In this document: positions 17,009 through 26,372 of the stretch, one piece after another | Position numbering within the stretch: the stretch's first letter is position 1 | Layout: every line of letters begins with the position of its first letter | Assembly: GCA_963844625.1 (NCBI GenBank) | Contig: CAWJPF010000020.1 | Coordinates: 52,946-116,945, forward strand | Length of the DNA stretch: 64,000 nucleotides | Direction: 5' to 3' | Source: an uncultured Actinomycetota bacterium | GTDB lineage: Bacteria; Actinomycetota; Actinomycetes; Streptosporangiales; Streptosporangiaceae | Made by a program: the position numbers and the translations under genes | Notes under the pieces: model-generated | Seen by the model: the letters and a program-made list of their open reading frames with translations, nothing else | Database searches by the model: none | What the model was told of the DNA's origin: nothing

Positions 17009-18151
17009 TCAGCCGGCCAGGGCCTGGACGAGGTCGGCGATCAGCTCATCGCAGTCTTCGAGGCCGATCGACAGGCGAAGGAGGGAGTCGCTGACGCCGA
17101 CCGGCGTACCAGCGGTGGTGCAGTGGGTCATCCGGGCGGGATGCTCGATCAGCGATTCCACGCTGCCCAGCGATACCGCGAGGGTAAACACCCGGGTGCG
17201 CTCGCATACCCGGCCGGCCCTGTCGGGGCCCCCTTGCAGCTCCACCGACACCACGCCCCCGAAACCATCCGGCATTTGCTTGGCGGCCAGCAGGTGCCCG
17301 GGATGGTCGGGCAGCCCCGGGTAGTGCACCCGCTCTACAGCCGGGTGCGCAGCAAGGAATTCGGCGATCCGCTGGCTGCTCGCGCAGATCTGCCGCATCC
17401 GCACGGGAAGCGTCTTGATCCCGCGCTGCACCAGCCAGGCTTCCTGTGGTGCGGCTGCCGCGCCCAGCATGCCGACGTGTCGGCTGATCGTGGCGCCCGC
17501 CTCCTCATCAGCGGCGATGACCGCGCCGCCGGTGATGTCGGAGTGACCGCTCAGATACTTGGTGGTGGAGTGGATCACCAGGTCCGCGCCCAGCGCGATG
17601 GGCTGTTGCAGGTACGGCGAGGCGAAGGTGCCGTCCACCACCAGCCGCGCGCCGGCCCGGTGCGCCAGGGCGGCGACGGCGGCGATATCGGTGATCTTCA
17701 GCAGCGGGTTGGACGGGGACTCGGTCCATACCAGCGCGGTTTCCGGCCGGATCGCCGCGGCTACCGCGTCCAGGTCCCCCATGTCCACCGCGGTATAGGC
17801 CAGGCCCCACCGTTGGTAGACGTCGTGCACCAGGTCCCAGGTGCCGCCGTAGACGTTGTCCGGCATCACCAGGTGCGCGCCGGACCGGCAAAGCGCCTGG
17901 ATGACGGTGGCACTGGCCGCCATACCGGAGGAGGTCGCGACCGCCGCGGCACCGTTGTCCAGCGCAGCCAGGCACCCTTCCAGGGCGGTGCGGGTGGGAT
18001 TGGCAATGCGCGAATAGTCCCATCCGGATTCCACCGGCCGGGCGTGCGGCCGCACGAAGGTGGAAACCTGGTAGATCGGGGTGGTCACCGAGCCGTTGTG
18101 CTGGGCCGGATCGTGGCCGGCGTGCACGGCGCGGGTGTCGAACGCGGTCAC
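17009..18151 (-). CDS. Cys/Met-metabolism PLP-dependent enzyme (cystathionine gamma-lyase/synthase or methionine gamma-lyase family)
   Basis: 'HSTTKYLSGHSDITGG' contains the PLP-lysine motif, with 'ANPTRTALE' and 'ESPSNPLLKITDI' also present. The GTG start at 18151 makes a GTGA overlap with the Rieske gene stop. Confidence 0.85.
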   Translation of the reverse strand: MTAFDTRAVHAGHDPAQHNGSVTTPIYQVSTFVRPHARPVESGWDYSRIANPTRTALEGCLAALDNGAAAVATSSGMAASATVIQALCRSGAHLVMPDNVYGGTWDLVHDVYQRWGLAYTAVDMGDLDAVAAAIRPETALVWTESPSNPLLKITDIAAVAALAHRAGARLVVDGTFASPYLQQPIALGADLVIHSTTKYLSGHSDITGGAVIAADEEAGATISRHVGMLGAAAAPQEAWLVQRGIKTLPVRMRQICASSQRIAEFLAAHPAVERVHYPGLPDHPGHLLAAKQMPDGFGGVVSVELQGGPDRAGRVCERTRVFTLAVSLGSVESLIEHPARMTHCTTAGTPVGVSDSLLRLSIGLEDCDELIADLVQALAG

Positions 18152-19317
18152 AACGAGCCTCCCAGCTCCGTGGCTTCGAGCCCCATGGACTCGCGGTACC
18201 ACTGGTGGTACCAGCGGCCGATGATCTCCTGCTCGGTCGGCACCAGCACCCCGCCGTTCGCGTAGGCGCGGGATCTCATGTTCGGCTGGCACCATTCCGA
18301 TGCGGCGAAGTCCTGCTGATTGACCCGGTGGAACAGTTCGACGGTGTCGTCAATGTCATGAGCGGCGACCGTTTCTGGCGGGAAAAGCCACTCGCAGACC
18401 ACCTTCGTAAGTTCCGGGCTCACCGGCTCGAACCGGTGCGCGATGACGTGGTCCGGCAGCAGCGACAGGAAACAGTTGGGCCGGATGACCATGCCGAAGT
18501 ACTTGCGGTCGTCGTGGTCCGCCAGACCGGGCAGCCGGGGCAGCATGGTGGTGCCACTGACCGAGAAGGAGGCCTTGTCGTCGGCGAAGTGGTAGCCGTC
18601 GGTCGAATAGTTGGGGCCCAAGGCGGTGAGGTCGCGGAACTGCGGCAGGGTATCCACGAGTTCGGGGTGGATGGTGGCGCAGTGGTAGCACTCCTGGAAG
18701 TTCTCCTGGATGATCTTCCAGTTGGCCGCCACCATGTAGTCCACCCGCTTGCCCGCCACCAGCCCGGCCAGGTCGTAGCGGGCGAACTTGGCCCGGTCCC
18801 CGCCGAGCCGGTAGTCCAGCTGCTGCCACACCTGATCCTCAAACGGCGCGGGGTTCTCGGCCAGGTTCAGCCAGACCAGCCCGTGCCACTCGGTTAGGGC
18901 TACCGGGTGCAGGCCGTAGCCGGCTTTGTCGACGGTCGCCATGGACCGCCAGTTGGGTGCGCTCATCAGGCTGCCGTCCAGCCGGTAGGCCCAGGAGTGG
19001 TACGGGCAGCGGATCGACCGGCCCACATCTCCGGCGTCGGTCAGGCAGAGCGTCGCGCCGCGGTGCCGGCAGACGTTGAGGAAGGCGCGCAGTCCGGAGT
19101 CGCGACCACGAACCACGATGACGTTTTCGTTTCCCACGGTCGTCCGCACGAACCGGCCCGGCACCGGCACGTCCTGCGCCCGGCATACGTACAGCCATTG
19201 TTTCTCGAAGATGTCCCGCTTCTCAGCCTCGAAGATCGCAGGCTCTGTGTAGTACGGGCCGGGCAGGGTCGGCAGGAACACCGAGGACGGAGCCATGGTC
19301 ATGGCGCGCTCCCTCAA
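18148..19317 (-). CDS. Rieske [2Fe-2S] non-heme iron oxygenase, alpha-subunit type (GbcA/Stc2/CntA-like)
   Basis: 'CRHRGATL...CPYHSWAY' is the Rieske motif, and there is a C-terminal catalytic domain with 'ENFQECYHCATIHPEL'. Its start has an ATGA overlap with the upstream oxidase stop. Confidence 0.85.
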   Translation of the reverse strand: MRERAMTMAPSSVFLPTLPGPYYTEPAIFEAEKRDIFEKQWLYVCRAQDVPVPGRFVRTTVGNENVIVVRGRDSGLRAFLNVCRHRGATLCLTDAGDVGRSIRCPYHSWAYRLDGSLMSAPNWRSMATVDKAGYGLHPVALTEWHGLVWLNLAENPAPFEDQVWQQLDYRLGGDRAKFARYDLAGLVAGKRVDYMVAANWKIIQENFQECYHCATIHPELVDTLPQFRDLTALGPNYSTDGYHFADDKASFSVSGTTMLPRLPGLADHDDRKYFGMVIRPNCFLSLLPDHVIAHRFEPVSPELTKVVCEWLFPPETVAAHDIDDTVELFHRVNQQDFAASEWCQPNMRSRAYANGGVLVPTEQEIIGRWYHQWYRESMGLEATELGGSL

Positions 19318-20579
19318 AATTGCGCGGGGCTGGACGACGTGCTGGGGGAGTCACGGTACGTGTCGCCGTGCGGCGCCTGGGCCGCCCGGGAGAACCGGAA
19401 GTCCGACGGGAAGTCCGGATCACGAACCGCGGGCCGGTTGATCGAGAACGCCGCGGTCGGGTAGTCGGTCCGCCCATCGATCGCCAAGTCGGCGAGAATG
19501 TGCCCGATCAGGCCGACGAACTTCGCGGCGTGCCCGGCGCCGACGAACAGTCCGACCCGCGGGTGACCGGGGATCGTGTCCAAGATGAAGTTCCGGTCCG
19601 CGGTGAGGTCGTACACGCAGGTCTTGCTGACCAGTTCCGGGCCTACGGCGCCCGGCAGGTACCTGCGCAGGAACTCCGCCACTTCCGTGGTCTGCTCCGG
19701 GTCGGGCTCGAACCGGCGTGTCTGCTGGGTGACGAACCGGCCAGACATGTCGCGGGCCGCCTTCACCGCCGCCTCGCCGTACACCGGGAAACCGTAGAAC
19801 GTCCGGTCGTGGTCGTGGAAGATCCAGACCGGAAACCGGTCCGGCGTGAAGGCGCGCAGGTCCGCCGCGGCGAAGTAGGTGACCTGCTCCTGAGTGAGGG
19901 TAAGCCGAAGGTCCAGTCCCAGGCCGGCGACCATGGTCTCGGTCCACGAGCCAGCACAGATGGTGAGCGTCCCGGCTTCGAACACGTCGTCGTCGGTATG
20001 CACCTCGACATGGTCGGCGAAGGACGCGATCTTGCGCGCCGGTGTCTGGTCCAGGAACCTCGCGCCGCGGGCACGCGCACGGGAGATATGCGCCGAGTTG
20101 ACACGCCGGATGTCGAGGATGCCGGATTCGGCCTGGTAAAGGCCGACCACATCGGTCCCGACCCGCCACTGCGGCCAGCGGGTCTGCAGTTCGGTTCCGT
20201 CCATCACCTCGTACGCGTGCCCCTGCTCGGCCAGCGCGCGGGCATAGCTGCGGATCTCGGCCTGACCGGCGTCGTCGTTGGGCGCCAGGTTCAGGCCGCC
20301 GGTGATCCGCAGCAGCTCCAGACCGGCCTCGTGCTCCAGGTCGCGCACGTGGTCGTAGGCCGCCCGGGTCAGCGACGTGTACTCGGTGGTGTGGTAGGAG
20401 TGGCGGATGATCCGGGAGTGATCCTCGGACGCACCCCGGTCGTGGCCCAGCTGGTACTGCTCAAGGGCCAGGACGTCCCCACTGCCGCGCCTGGCCAGCC
20501 AGTAGGCCGCGGCGGCGCCGATGCCGCCGACGCCCAGGACGATGTGATCGTAGGTGCTGTTCACCGGGCGTCCTCCCAT
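19314..20579 (-). CDS. FAD-dependent N-methyl amino acid oxidase (monomeric sarcosine oxidase / SolA family)
   Basis: 'YDHIVLGVGGIGAAAAYWLARRG' is a GXGXXG motif, followed by '..HDRGASEDHSRIIRHSYH' and, near the C-terminus, 'VGAGHAAKF'. Confidence 0.8.
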   Translation of the reverse strand: MGGRPVNSTYDHIVLGVGGIGAAAAYWLARRGSGDVLALEQYQLGHDRGASEDHSRIIRHSYHTTEYTSLTRAAYDHVRDLEHEAGLELLRITGGLNLAPNDDAGQAEIRSYARALAEQGHAYEVMDGTELQTRWPQWRVGTDVVGLYQAESGILDIRRVNSAHISRARARGARFLDQTPARKIASFADHVEVHTDDDVFEAGTLTICAGSWTETMVAGLGLDLRLTLTQEQVTYFAAADLRAFTPDRFPVWIFHDHDRTFYGFPVYGEAAVKAARDMSGRFVTQQTRRFEPDPEQTTEVAEFLRRYLPGAVGPELVSKTCVYDLTADRNFILDTIPGHPRVGLFVGAGHAAKFVGLIGHILADLAIDGRTDYPTAAFSINRPAVRDPDFPSDFRFSRAAQAPHGDTYRDSPSTSSSPAQF

Positions 20580-20635
20580 GGGTTGCCGCAGGCGCCTGGG
20601 CTGACTACCAGTTTGTCAATCGGAGCGCACGCGCG

Positions 20636-21877
20636 TCATCCGGCACGGCGTCGCGGATTGCGCGGTAGTTCTTCGACATCTGTCGGAAGGCCTGGCCGTC
20701 GGGGTGCCCCGTACATGTGGTGCAGCCGCAGCACCAGGTGCATAAGCAGCCGGTCCCGACCGTCGCGCAGGCTCAGCCCGGAGATCTGCTCGATCCGGCT
20801 GAGCCGGTGGTACAAGGTGGTGCGGTGTACCCGCAGTTCGGCTGCGGTACGCCGGACATCGCCCGCGCAGTCCAGAAACGTGCCCAGAGTGGACAGCAAG
20901 GTAGACGCAGCCGGGTCGGTCAGCAGCCTGGCCGCTCCCTCCGGCAGCAGCGCATCCGCCCAGACGTGGCGCGGGAACTGGGCCAGCAAGGCGTCCGCGG
21001 TCAGCTCCGCCCAGCAGGCTGCGCCGCCATCGGCCACCGTGGACAGCGCGATTTCGGCCTGCCGCTTGGCTACGGGCAGCTGGGTCAGCCCCTGGACCGG
21101 GCCGCCCGCACCGATCCGCCACGAGCCCACCTTGCTGAGCTCGCCCAGCAGCGCCCGAACGGATCGGGCCAGCCATTCGCCGTGCTGGCCGGCGCGGCCG
21201 GTGATGATCACCGTGGCCCGCCGCGGCCAGCAGGCGGCCAGCGCGAGCATCCCCGACTGGTTCCGGAAGAACCGCTCGACGTCACCGAGGATGTCTGGCG
21301 GCGGCCCACCGTGATCGTCACTGGCCGCAGCTGAGGGCCTGATCAGTAGGACGGCCACCGGCCCGTCATCGTCCAGCAGGCCCCGATCGACCGCCTCGTC
21401 CCGCGCCACGCTTCGGGTGGTGGCGTCCTGGCTCAGCAATTGCTCCACCAGCTCCTGCTGCCGCACCCGGTCCCGCCCGCCGGCGAGCAGCCGAGCGTGC
21501 AACAGCACGCCGATCTCCGCCGCGGTGCGCGCGGAATCAGCCACCTGCTCCTGCGTGAGGTCCCCGAATCGGTCGGTGATCCACACGAAACCGAGCAGCA
21601 GTCCCCGGCAACGGATCGGCACGCACAACCGTTGCCACAGCTCCAGCGCCGGATTCTCGGGCACATAACCCGGCCCAGGCAGCCGGGCGATCTCCTCGTG
21701 CCGTACGTCCTCCGGCCGGGTCCTGCGGTGCAGCAACGACCAGACGCGCGCCGGATCCGCATCGCCGAAGTCCTCGCTCGCGGCGACCAGCCGCAAATCG
21801 CGATCATCGACAAGGACCGCGCGTCTAAGGCGAGTGGCCAGCCCGTCCGCAAGGGTCTGAATCTGCTCGACGCTCAT
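20636..21877 (-). CDS. PucR family transcriptional regulator
   Basis: The C-terminal HTH 'AAELRVHRTTLYHRLSRIEQISGLSLRDGRDRLLMHLVL' is PucR-type. The N-terminal region is GAF-like. Confidence 0.8.
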   Translation of the reverse strand: MSVEQIQTLADGLATRLRRAVLVDDRDLRLVAASEDFGDADPARVWSLLHRRTRPEDVRHEEIARLPGPGYVPENPALELWQRLCVPIRCRGLLLGFVWITDRFGDLTQEQVADSARTAAEIGVLLHARLLAGGRDRVRQQELVEQLLSQDATTRSVARDEAVDRGLLDDDGPVAVLLIRPSAAASDDHGGPPPDILGDVERFFRNQSGMLALAACWPRRATVIITGRAGQHGEWLARSVRALLGELSKVGSWRIGAGGPVQGLTQLPVAKRQAEIALSTVADGGAACWAELTADALLAQFPRHVWADALLPEGAARLLTDPAASTLLSTLGTFLDCAGDVRRTAAELRVHRTTLYHRLSRIEQISGLSLRDGRDRLLMHLVLRLHHMYGAPRRPGLPTDVEELPRNPRRRAG

Positions 21878-22062
21878 TGCTCACTTTCGGCGACGAGTAT
21901 TAGGAGTCCTGATCAAACACGTTACGTGCTGCTCATCCGCAGGTCGACCGGCTGCCCTGCGTCCGGTTCGAGAACGTACCTGTATGTCAGCGCGATGTGC
22001 TCAAGCGGCCGCCAGGCGTTCACGGATTCGCACTGGAGATCCCGGCCGCCGAATCGCTTCGC

Positions 22063-24225
22063 TTAGATCGGGTACCTGGTTGGTTCGGTGGTGAAGCTCC
22101 GGCCGGATGGGGTGGTCCAGCGGAAGGTTCCCGGGGTGATCTGTTCGACTTTCCATTTGGGGTGCTGTTTGAGCCGGTGGTCGTGGCGGCATTTAGGGCC
22201 GCCGTTGCACAGGCAGGTCCGGCCGCCGGCTTCGTAGGGGATGTTGTGCTCGAAGTCGGCCTGGGCAGAAGGCCGCCGGCAGGTCGGGGCGGTGCACGTG
22301 GCGTGCCGGATCTGGGCCAGGTGCCGCAGCTTGACTCCCGGATCGTGCCCGGCCGCCTCGAACCGGTGGTCGCAGGTCTCGGTGGCGATCGGGTCCAGCG
22401 CGAACAGCAGGTCCCGCTGGCCGGGGATGCCGGTGGTGAACCGCCAGGTGCCGTACCCGCCGGGTGGCCCGGCCCGGGCGTCCGGGGTGAAGGTGACTCC
22501 TGGCCCGTCCCGGCTGGCCTGGCCGGGCGGGTCAGGTCCGCCGGGCGGGTCAGGTCCGCCGGGCGGCCCGGGTTCTCCCCGCCGGGGCGGGCGGTGGCGC
22601 TGGTTGTCGGGTGCGAGCCGGGCGCAGCCGTGCCCGATCGCGTGTCCTTGCCCGTCGGTTACCGACAGGCACCAGGTGGTCTTGGGGTTGGCGGCGGCGG
22701 CGCGGGCCAGGTCGCGGGCGAGCCAGGGGTCGACCGGGCCCAGGCCCGGGATCTCCCCGGGCCGGTCCGCGAGACCGAGCAGGGTCGCCAGCGGGACGGT
22801 CAGGTGCAGCCGCCCGACGAACCCGGCCGGCCGTACACCCGATCCGGGCGGCGTCTGCGGGGCGCCCGGGTACGGCGGCCCTGACCCGCCGTCGCCCGGA
22901 CCGCCGTCGCCCGGACCGCCGTCGCCCGGACCCTCCGGCTCATCGCCGTCGGGTGCATCGCCGTCCGTGCCGCCGCCGCCCGTCCCGCCGCCCGCGGGAG
23001 CGGGAGCGGGAGCGGGAGCGGGGGTGGGAGCGGGAGCGGGGGTGGGGGTGGAGGTGGGGGTGGGGTTGGGGGTGGGGGTGGTCGGGCGGGAGTCTTTGTC
23101 GAGCAGGAGGTCGAGGTAGGCGCGGGCGCGTAGTTCGTCCATGCTGCCGGGTAGTCCGGCTTTCTTCAGCTGGCGGGCCCACCAGGAGATCCGCTGGTCT
23201 GCGGCGAGTACCTCGTCGGGGGGCAGTTCGTGGCCGGCGAGCGCGGCGTTGCCGGAGTCTTCGGCCCAGCGTTGCACGCGGGCGTCTTGGGCGGCGTGCT
23301 CGCGTCGTGTGCGGGCTTTGCCGGGGGCGACTTGCATCACGGCGCGGGCGATCGCGGCGCGGAGCCCGCCGGGGGTCAGCCGCCCGGCCCGGTCCAGGAC
23401 CTTGTCCTCGGCGGCGCGGGCCTCGCCGGGGTCCAGGGTGCGGGTGGCCAGCGCGATGATCTGCGCCTTGGAGTGCCGCAGGGTCCCGGCGCGGAACGCG
23501 GCCCGGGTGGCGGGGAGGCTGGCTTCCAGGTCCTGGGCCAGGTCCAGCATCGCGTCGGCGGTGCCGCGGCCCTCGGCCAGGATCTGGGCGATCTCATCGC
23601 CGGCGAATTCGTGCCGGCCCGGCGGCAGGAGCGCGGGGCCTTCGGGGGCGCAGCCGGGCGCGGGGCGGCGGCGGGTGAACGCGGCCAGCGCGGCGTGCTT
23701 GAGAGAGCAGGCGGTGGCCTCGGCGCGGTCCAGCGCGCAGATGATCCCGGTCAGCTCATCGTCGGAGGCGCCGGTGAACCGGCCCTCGTCCCCGGCGGCG
23801 TCCGCGGCGAAGCTGAGCAGCACCGCGCCGCCGGGCGCGACGTCCAGCGGCTGCCCGGCCCCGAACCCGCCCGCCGGGCCGGCGTACTGACCCGGGACCC
23901 GCGCCGCCGACCCGGGCATCCCGGGCCCGCGCCGGCCGACCTTGACCCCGACCTGGGGCACGTCCGCGTCCGGGTCCTGCCGGGCCGCCCACTCGGCCTC
24001 GGCGGCCTGCTCGGCGGCCTTGGCGGCGGCGATCCGCCGGGACTCCGCCCGCAACACGTCCGGGTCCACGTCGAAGGGCAGCGCCGGATCGTCCGGATCG
24101 GGGCACCACCCGGGATCACCCTCCGGATCCGGCGGCGCCTGCCGCCGGAGTCGCTGCAGGCCAGCCACGCTTGCCACCGATCCGGGTCGGCCATCGGATC
24201 CGTCCCGGACGGGACGGGCCGCCAC
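22063..24225 (-). CDS. DUF222 / HNH endonuclease domain protein (13E12-repeat-type)
   Basis: The C-terminus 'CDHRFEAAGHDPGVKLRHLAQIRHATCTAPTCRRPSAQADFEHNIPYEAGGRTCLCNGGPKCRHDHRLKQHPKWKV' is an HNH domain. The N-terminal half is DUF222-like. The N-terminal boundary is uncertain. Confidence 0.8.
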   Translation of the reverse strand: MAARPVRDGSDGRPGSVASVAGLQRLRRQAPPDPEGDPGWCPDPDDPALPFDVDPDVLRAESRRIAAAKAAEQAAEAEWAARQDPDADVPQVGVKVGRRGPGMPGSAARVPGQYAGPAGGFGAGQPLDVAPGGAVLLSFAADAAGDEGRFTGASDDELTGIICALDRAEATACSLKHAALAAFTRRRPAPGCAPEGPALLPPGRHEFAGDEIAQILAEGRGTADAMLDLAQDLEASLPATRAAFRAGTLRHSKAQIIALATRTLDPGEARAAEDKVLDRAGRLTPGGLRAAIARAVMQVAPGKARTRREHAAQDARVQRWAEDSGNAALAGHELPPDEVLAADQRISWWARQLKKAGLPGSMDELRARAYLDLLLDKDSRPTTPTPNPTPTSTPTPAPAPTPAPAPAPAPAGGGTGGGGTDGDAPDGDEPEGPGDGGPGDGGPGDGGSGPPYPGAPQTPPGSGVRPAGFVGRLHLTVPLATLLGLADRPGEIPGLGPVDPWLARDLARAAAANPKTTWCLSVTDGQGHAIGHGCARLAPDNQRHRPPRRGEPGPPGGPDPPGGPDPPGQASRDGPGVTFTPDARAGPPGGYGTWRFTTGIPGQRDLLFALDPIATETCDHRFEAAGHDPGVKLRHLAQIRHATCTAPTCRRPSAQADFEHNIPYEAGGRTCLCNGGPKCRHDHRLKQHPKWKVEQITPGTFRWTTPSGRSFTTEPTRYPI
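22525..22568. repeat. 18-bp tandem repeat (GGGCGGGTCAGGTCCGCC x2.5) inside the DUF222 gene
   Basis: Read directly from the sequence. It encodes PGGPDP repeats on the minus strand. Confidence 0.8.
22886..22930. repeat. 15-bp perfect tandem repeat x3 (CCGCCGTCGCCCGGA) inside the DUF222 gene
   Basis: Read directly from the sequence. It encodes GPGDG x3. Confidence 0.85.
22995..23085. repeat. Hexamer microsatellite block (GGGAGC / GGGGGT units) inside the DUF222 gene
   Basis: Read directly from the sequence. It encodes a (TP/AP)n linker. Confidence 0.75.
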
Positions 24226-24651
24226 CCCGCTGCCTCGTCAACCGGATCACCCGCGACATCCCACCCCCAGCTGGGATCAGTCGGCGACCACTTGTCATCG
24301 GCCCGCGCACCGCCGGTCCGGGACGACCCATCCGCCGACCCGCCCGGCCGGGCATCGTCCCGGCCCGGGTCTGGAGGAGCTGGTCCTGAGTCCACGCACC
24401 ACCGCCCGTTCGGATGAATGATCCCGCTCTTACCTATAGAACATAATAGCGGATATGATTCCTTATCTCAAGCTGACGCGTTATTTTAGAATAAATTAAC
24501 GATAGAGGTTCTTGGGAAGGTTGTTGAGGCGGAGGCGAGAGCTCGCCATCGTGGAACTCCGCGCCGCCAACGCGCCGCCAACGCGCCGCTAACAGGCCAG
24601 TAGCCGTGCCGGTGGTGGCGGTCGGTCAAGGCGGGGGCCTACGCTACCTGG

Positions 24652-25164
24652 ATGGGGATCATTCAGACTTTTCAGTATCAGGTCCCGAAAGCCAACACTG
24701 CGCAAGTGGCGATGCAGCACGTGGCCGCGTCACGACCTGGCGCGTGGTTCTTCTCCAGGACCCTGCATCACCTCGATAGGGCCCTCCTGCGGCTAAGCGG
24801 AGGCCAGGTCACCCTGCCGGGAGTCGTAGCGGGCCTTCCCGTCCTGACCGTCACCACGACTGGCGCCCGTACGGGGCAGCGCCGTACGACACCGCTGGTG
24901 GGTGTGCCCGTAGGCGAAGATATGGCGGTCATCGGGACCAGCTTTGGCCAGCCGCACACTCCGGGCTGGTATTACAACATGCGCGCCGAGCCGAGAGTCG
25001 AGGTTTCCTATCGGAACAGGACCATTGTGGCGGTCGCGCGCGAGGCTGATGAAGAAGAGCGGAAGGCGATCTGGGACCGCGGCAGAAAGCTTTATGTAGG
25101 TTACGACGCCTATGCGAGCCGGCTTAAGAGCAGGGATATACACATCATGATCCTTAGTGCGTGA
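24652..25164 (+). CDS. Deazaflavin (F420)-dependent nitroreductase family protein (Ddn-like)
   Basis: 'LTVTTTGARTGQRRTTPLVGVPVGEDMAVIGTSFGQPHTPGWYYNMRAEPRVEV' is the typical family core. Confidence 0.8.
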   Translation: MGIIQTFQYQVPKANTAQVAMQHVAASRPGAWFFSRTLHHLDRALLRLSGGQVTLPGVVAGLPVLTVTTTGARTGQRRTTPLVGVPVGEDMAVIGTSFGQPHTPGWYYNMRAEPRVEVSYRNRTIVAVAREADEEERKAIWDRGRKLYVGYDAYASRLKSRDIHIMILSA

Positions 25165-25209
25165 CCGCTGCGGTACATCCCTTACCGTGCAAGCTGGGAG
25201 CATGGGCTT

Positions 25210-25623
25210 ATGGACAACGACCAGCAGGTAGAGGCAATCGAGGTCCGCCTGGATGCTCTGGAAGGCATGCCGATCCGCGATGACCTCTCCGCCCGCGAGG
25301 CCTTCACCCACGCGATGGTGACCGTGAGCCGGATCAACCAACTCTCCGCGCGGACTCAGGCCCAGGCGGTCATGGGCGCGGCGACGCCTATAGATGACAT
25401 CCTCGAGAAATTCAGGGTATGGCTTGACCGTCTCGTCAGGGCCATGAGGCGGATCGTGGCGAAACTGGCCGGAGCCACGGCATTCTCAGTCTCAGTCGGC
25501 ACGGCGGTATCGTTCACCGTCGACTTCGGCCCAGCGCGAGGACGACCGTCCTTTGGCCTGTCCGGCCGGGCATCCGGCCTGGGATTGGAATCTGGCAGGC
25601 CGTACGGCCCGGGATTGGAATAG
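25210..25623 (+). CDS. Hypothetical protein
   Basis: 137-aa ORF with ATG start and a protein-like, helical N-terminal 100 aa. No domain recognised. The 3' end contains a short GGGATTGGAAT duplication. Confidence 0.4.
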   Translation: MDNDQQVEAIEVRLDALEGMPIRDDLSAREAFTHAMVTVSRINQLSARTQAQAVMGAATPIDDILEKFRVWLDRLVRAMRRIVAKLAGATAFSVSVGTAVSFTVDFGPARGRPSFGLSGRASGLGLESGRPYGPGLE

Positions 25624-25717
25624 AGCAACGCCCGCCCCGCCCGTTTACCCACTCCACGCCCGATTTCGCGCCCCTCGTCCCCGTAGTCGGCCTGGGCATC
25701 GGCGGAAGCTGCGAGCG

Positions 25718-26359
25718 TCACTGCCGCACCAGGGGGAGGAACACGTCATCGACTATCTCGGCGATGACGCGTTCGGATGGCGGGGTGCGGGCGCGGAAGA
25801 GCTCGTTCCTGAACAGGTCAGTGGGGAGCGTGGCAATCCTCGGGTGGATGTCGTCGCGGGTCTCACCCCGGTCCGCGGCGTGCTTAAGGATGGTCGACAT
25901 GACGCTCGCGCCGATCTGGAGAACCTGGTCCTGAACGTGGGAGAACAGCTCGGCGTCGGCGAAGTAGTCGCCGAGCAGGCCGTAGACGGTCTCCGGGCCG
26001 GTCTCGGCTAGCCCGCTGGACATCCGGCGCAGTACGGCGAGCACGTCGCCGCGCAGGCTGCCGGTGTCGGGCACCTCGCCGGAGAGCATCGGCCGATGGC
26101 GTCGCATCGCCGCGAGCACCAGTTCGGGACGGTTGCGCCACCGGCGATACAGGACCGCCCGGCTGGTGCCGGCTCGGTCGGCCACGGCCTCAATGGTCAG
26201 GCTGGCATCGCCGGCCGTCTGAAGTTCATCCCAGGCGGCATCGAGCAGGGCGGTCTCGAGCGCCTCGCCGCGCCGCCTCGTCTTCCCGCCGCTGTGCGGC
26301 ACCGTCGGCACCGTCGGCACCGTCGACGTTGAAGGCGACGTGCCTGGAGATCTCGTCAT
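25718..26359 (-). CDS. TetR/AcrR family transcriptional regulator
   Basis: The N-terminal HTH is 'RRGEALETALLDAAWDELQTAGDASLTIEAVADRAGTSRAVLYRRW'. It is divergent from an MFS gene. Confidence 0.85.
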   Translation of the reverse strand: MTRSPGTSPSTSTVPTVPTVPHSGGKTRRRGEALETALLDAAWDELQTAGDASLTIEAVADRAGTSRAVLYRRWRNRPELVLAAMRRHRPMLSGEVPDTGSLRGDVLAVLRRMSSGLAETGPETVYGLLGDYFADAELFSHVQDQVLQIGASVMSTILKHAADRGETRDDIHPRIATLPTDLFRNELFRARTPPSERVIAEIVDDVFLPLVRQ

Positions 26360-26372
26360 GCTCGCTCACTCC

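Noticed and set aside
19320-21314. A 664-aa + strand ORF across the oxidase and PucR genes.
   Set aside because: It is antisense to two well-supported genes, and the sequence is Arg/Gly/Val/Pro-rich noise. This is a GC-frame artefact.
22995-23085. CRISPR-like arrays, considered for all tandem repeats (22525-23085, 28952-29053, 29715-29836, 44677-44758, 62487-62555).
   Set aside because: The repeats are head-to-tail with no unique spacers, and the units are 6-18 nt. Most lie in frame inside genes. No cas genes are present.
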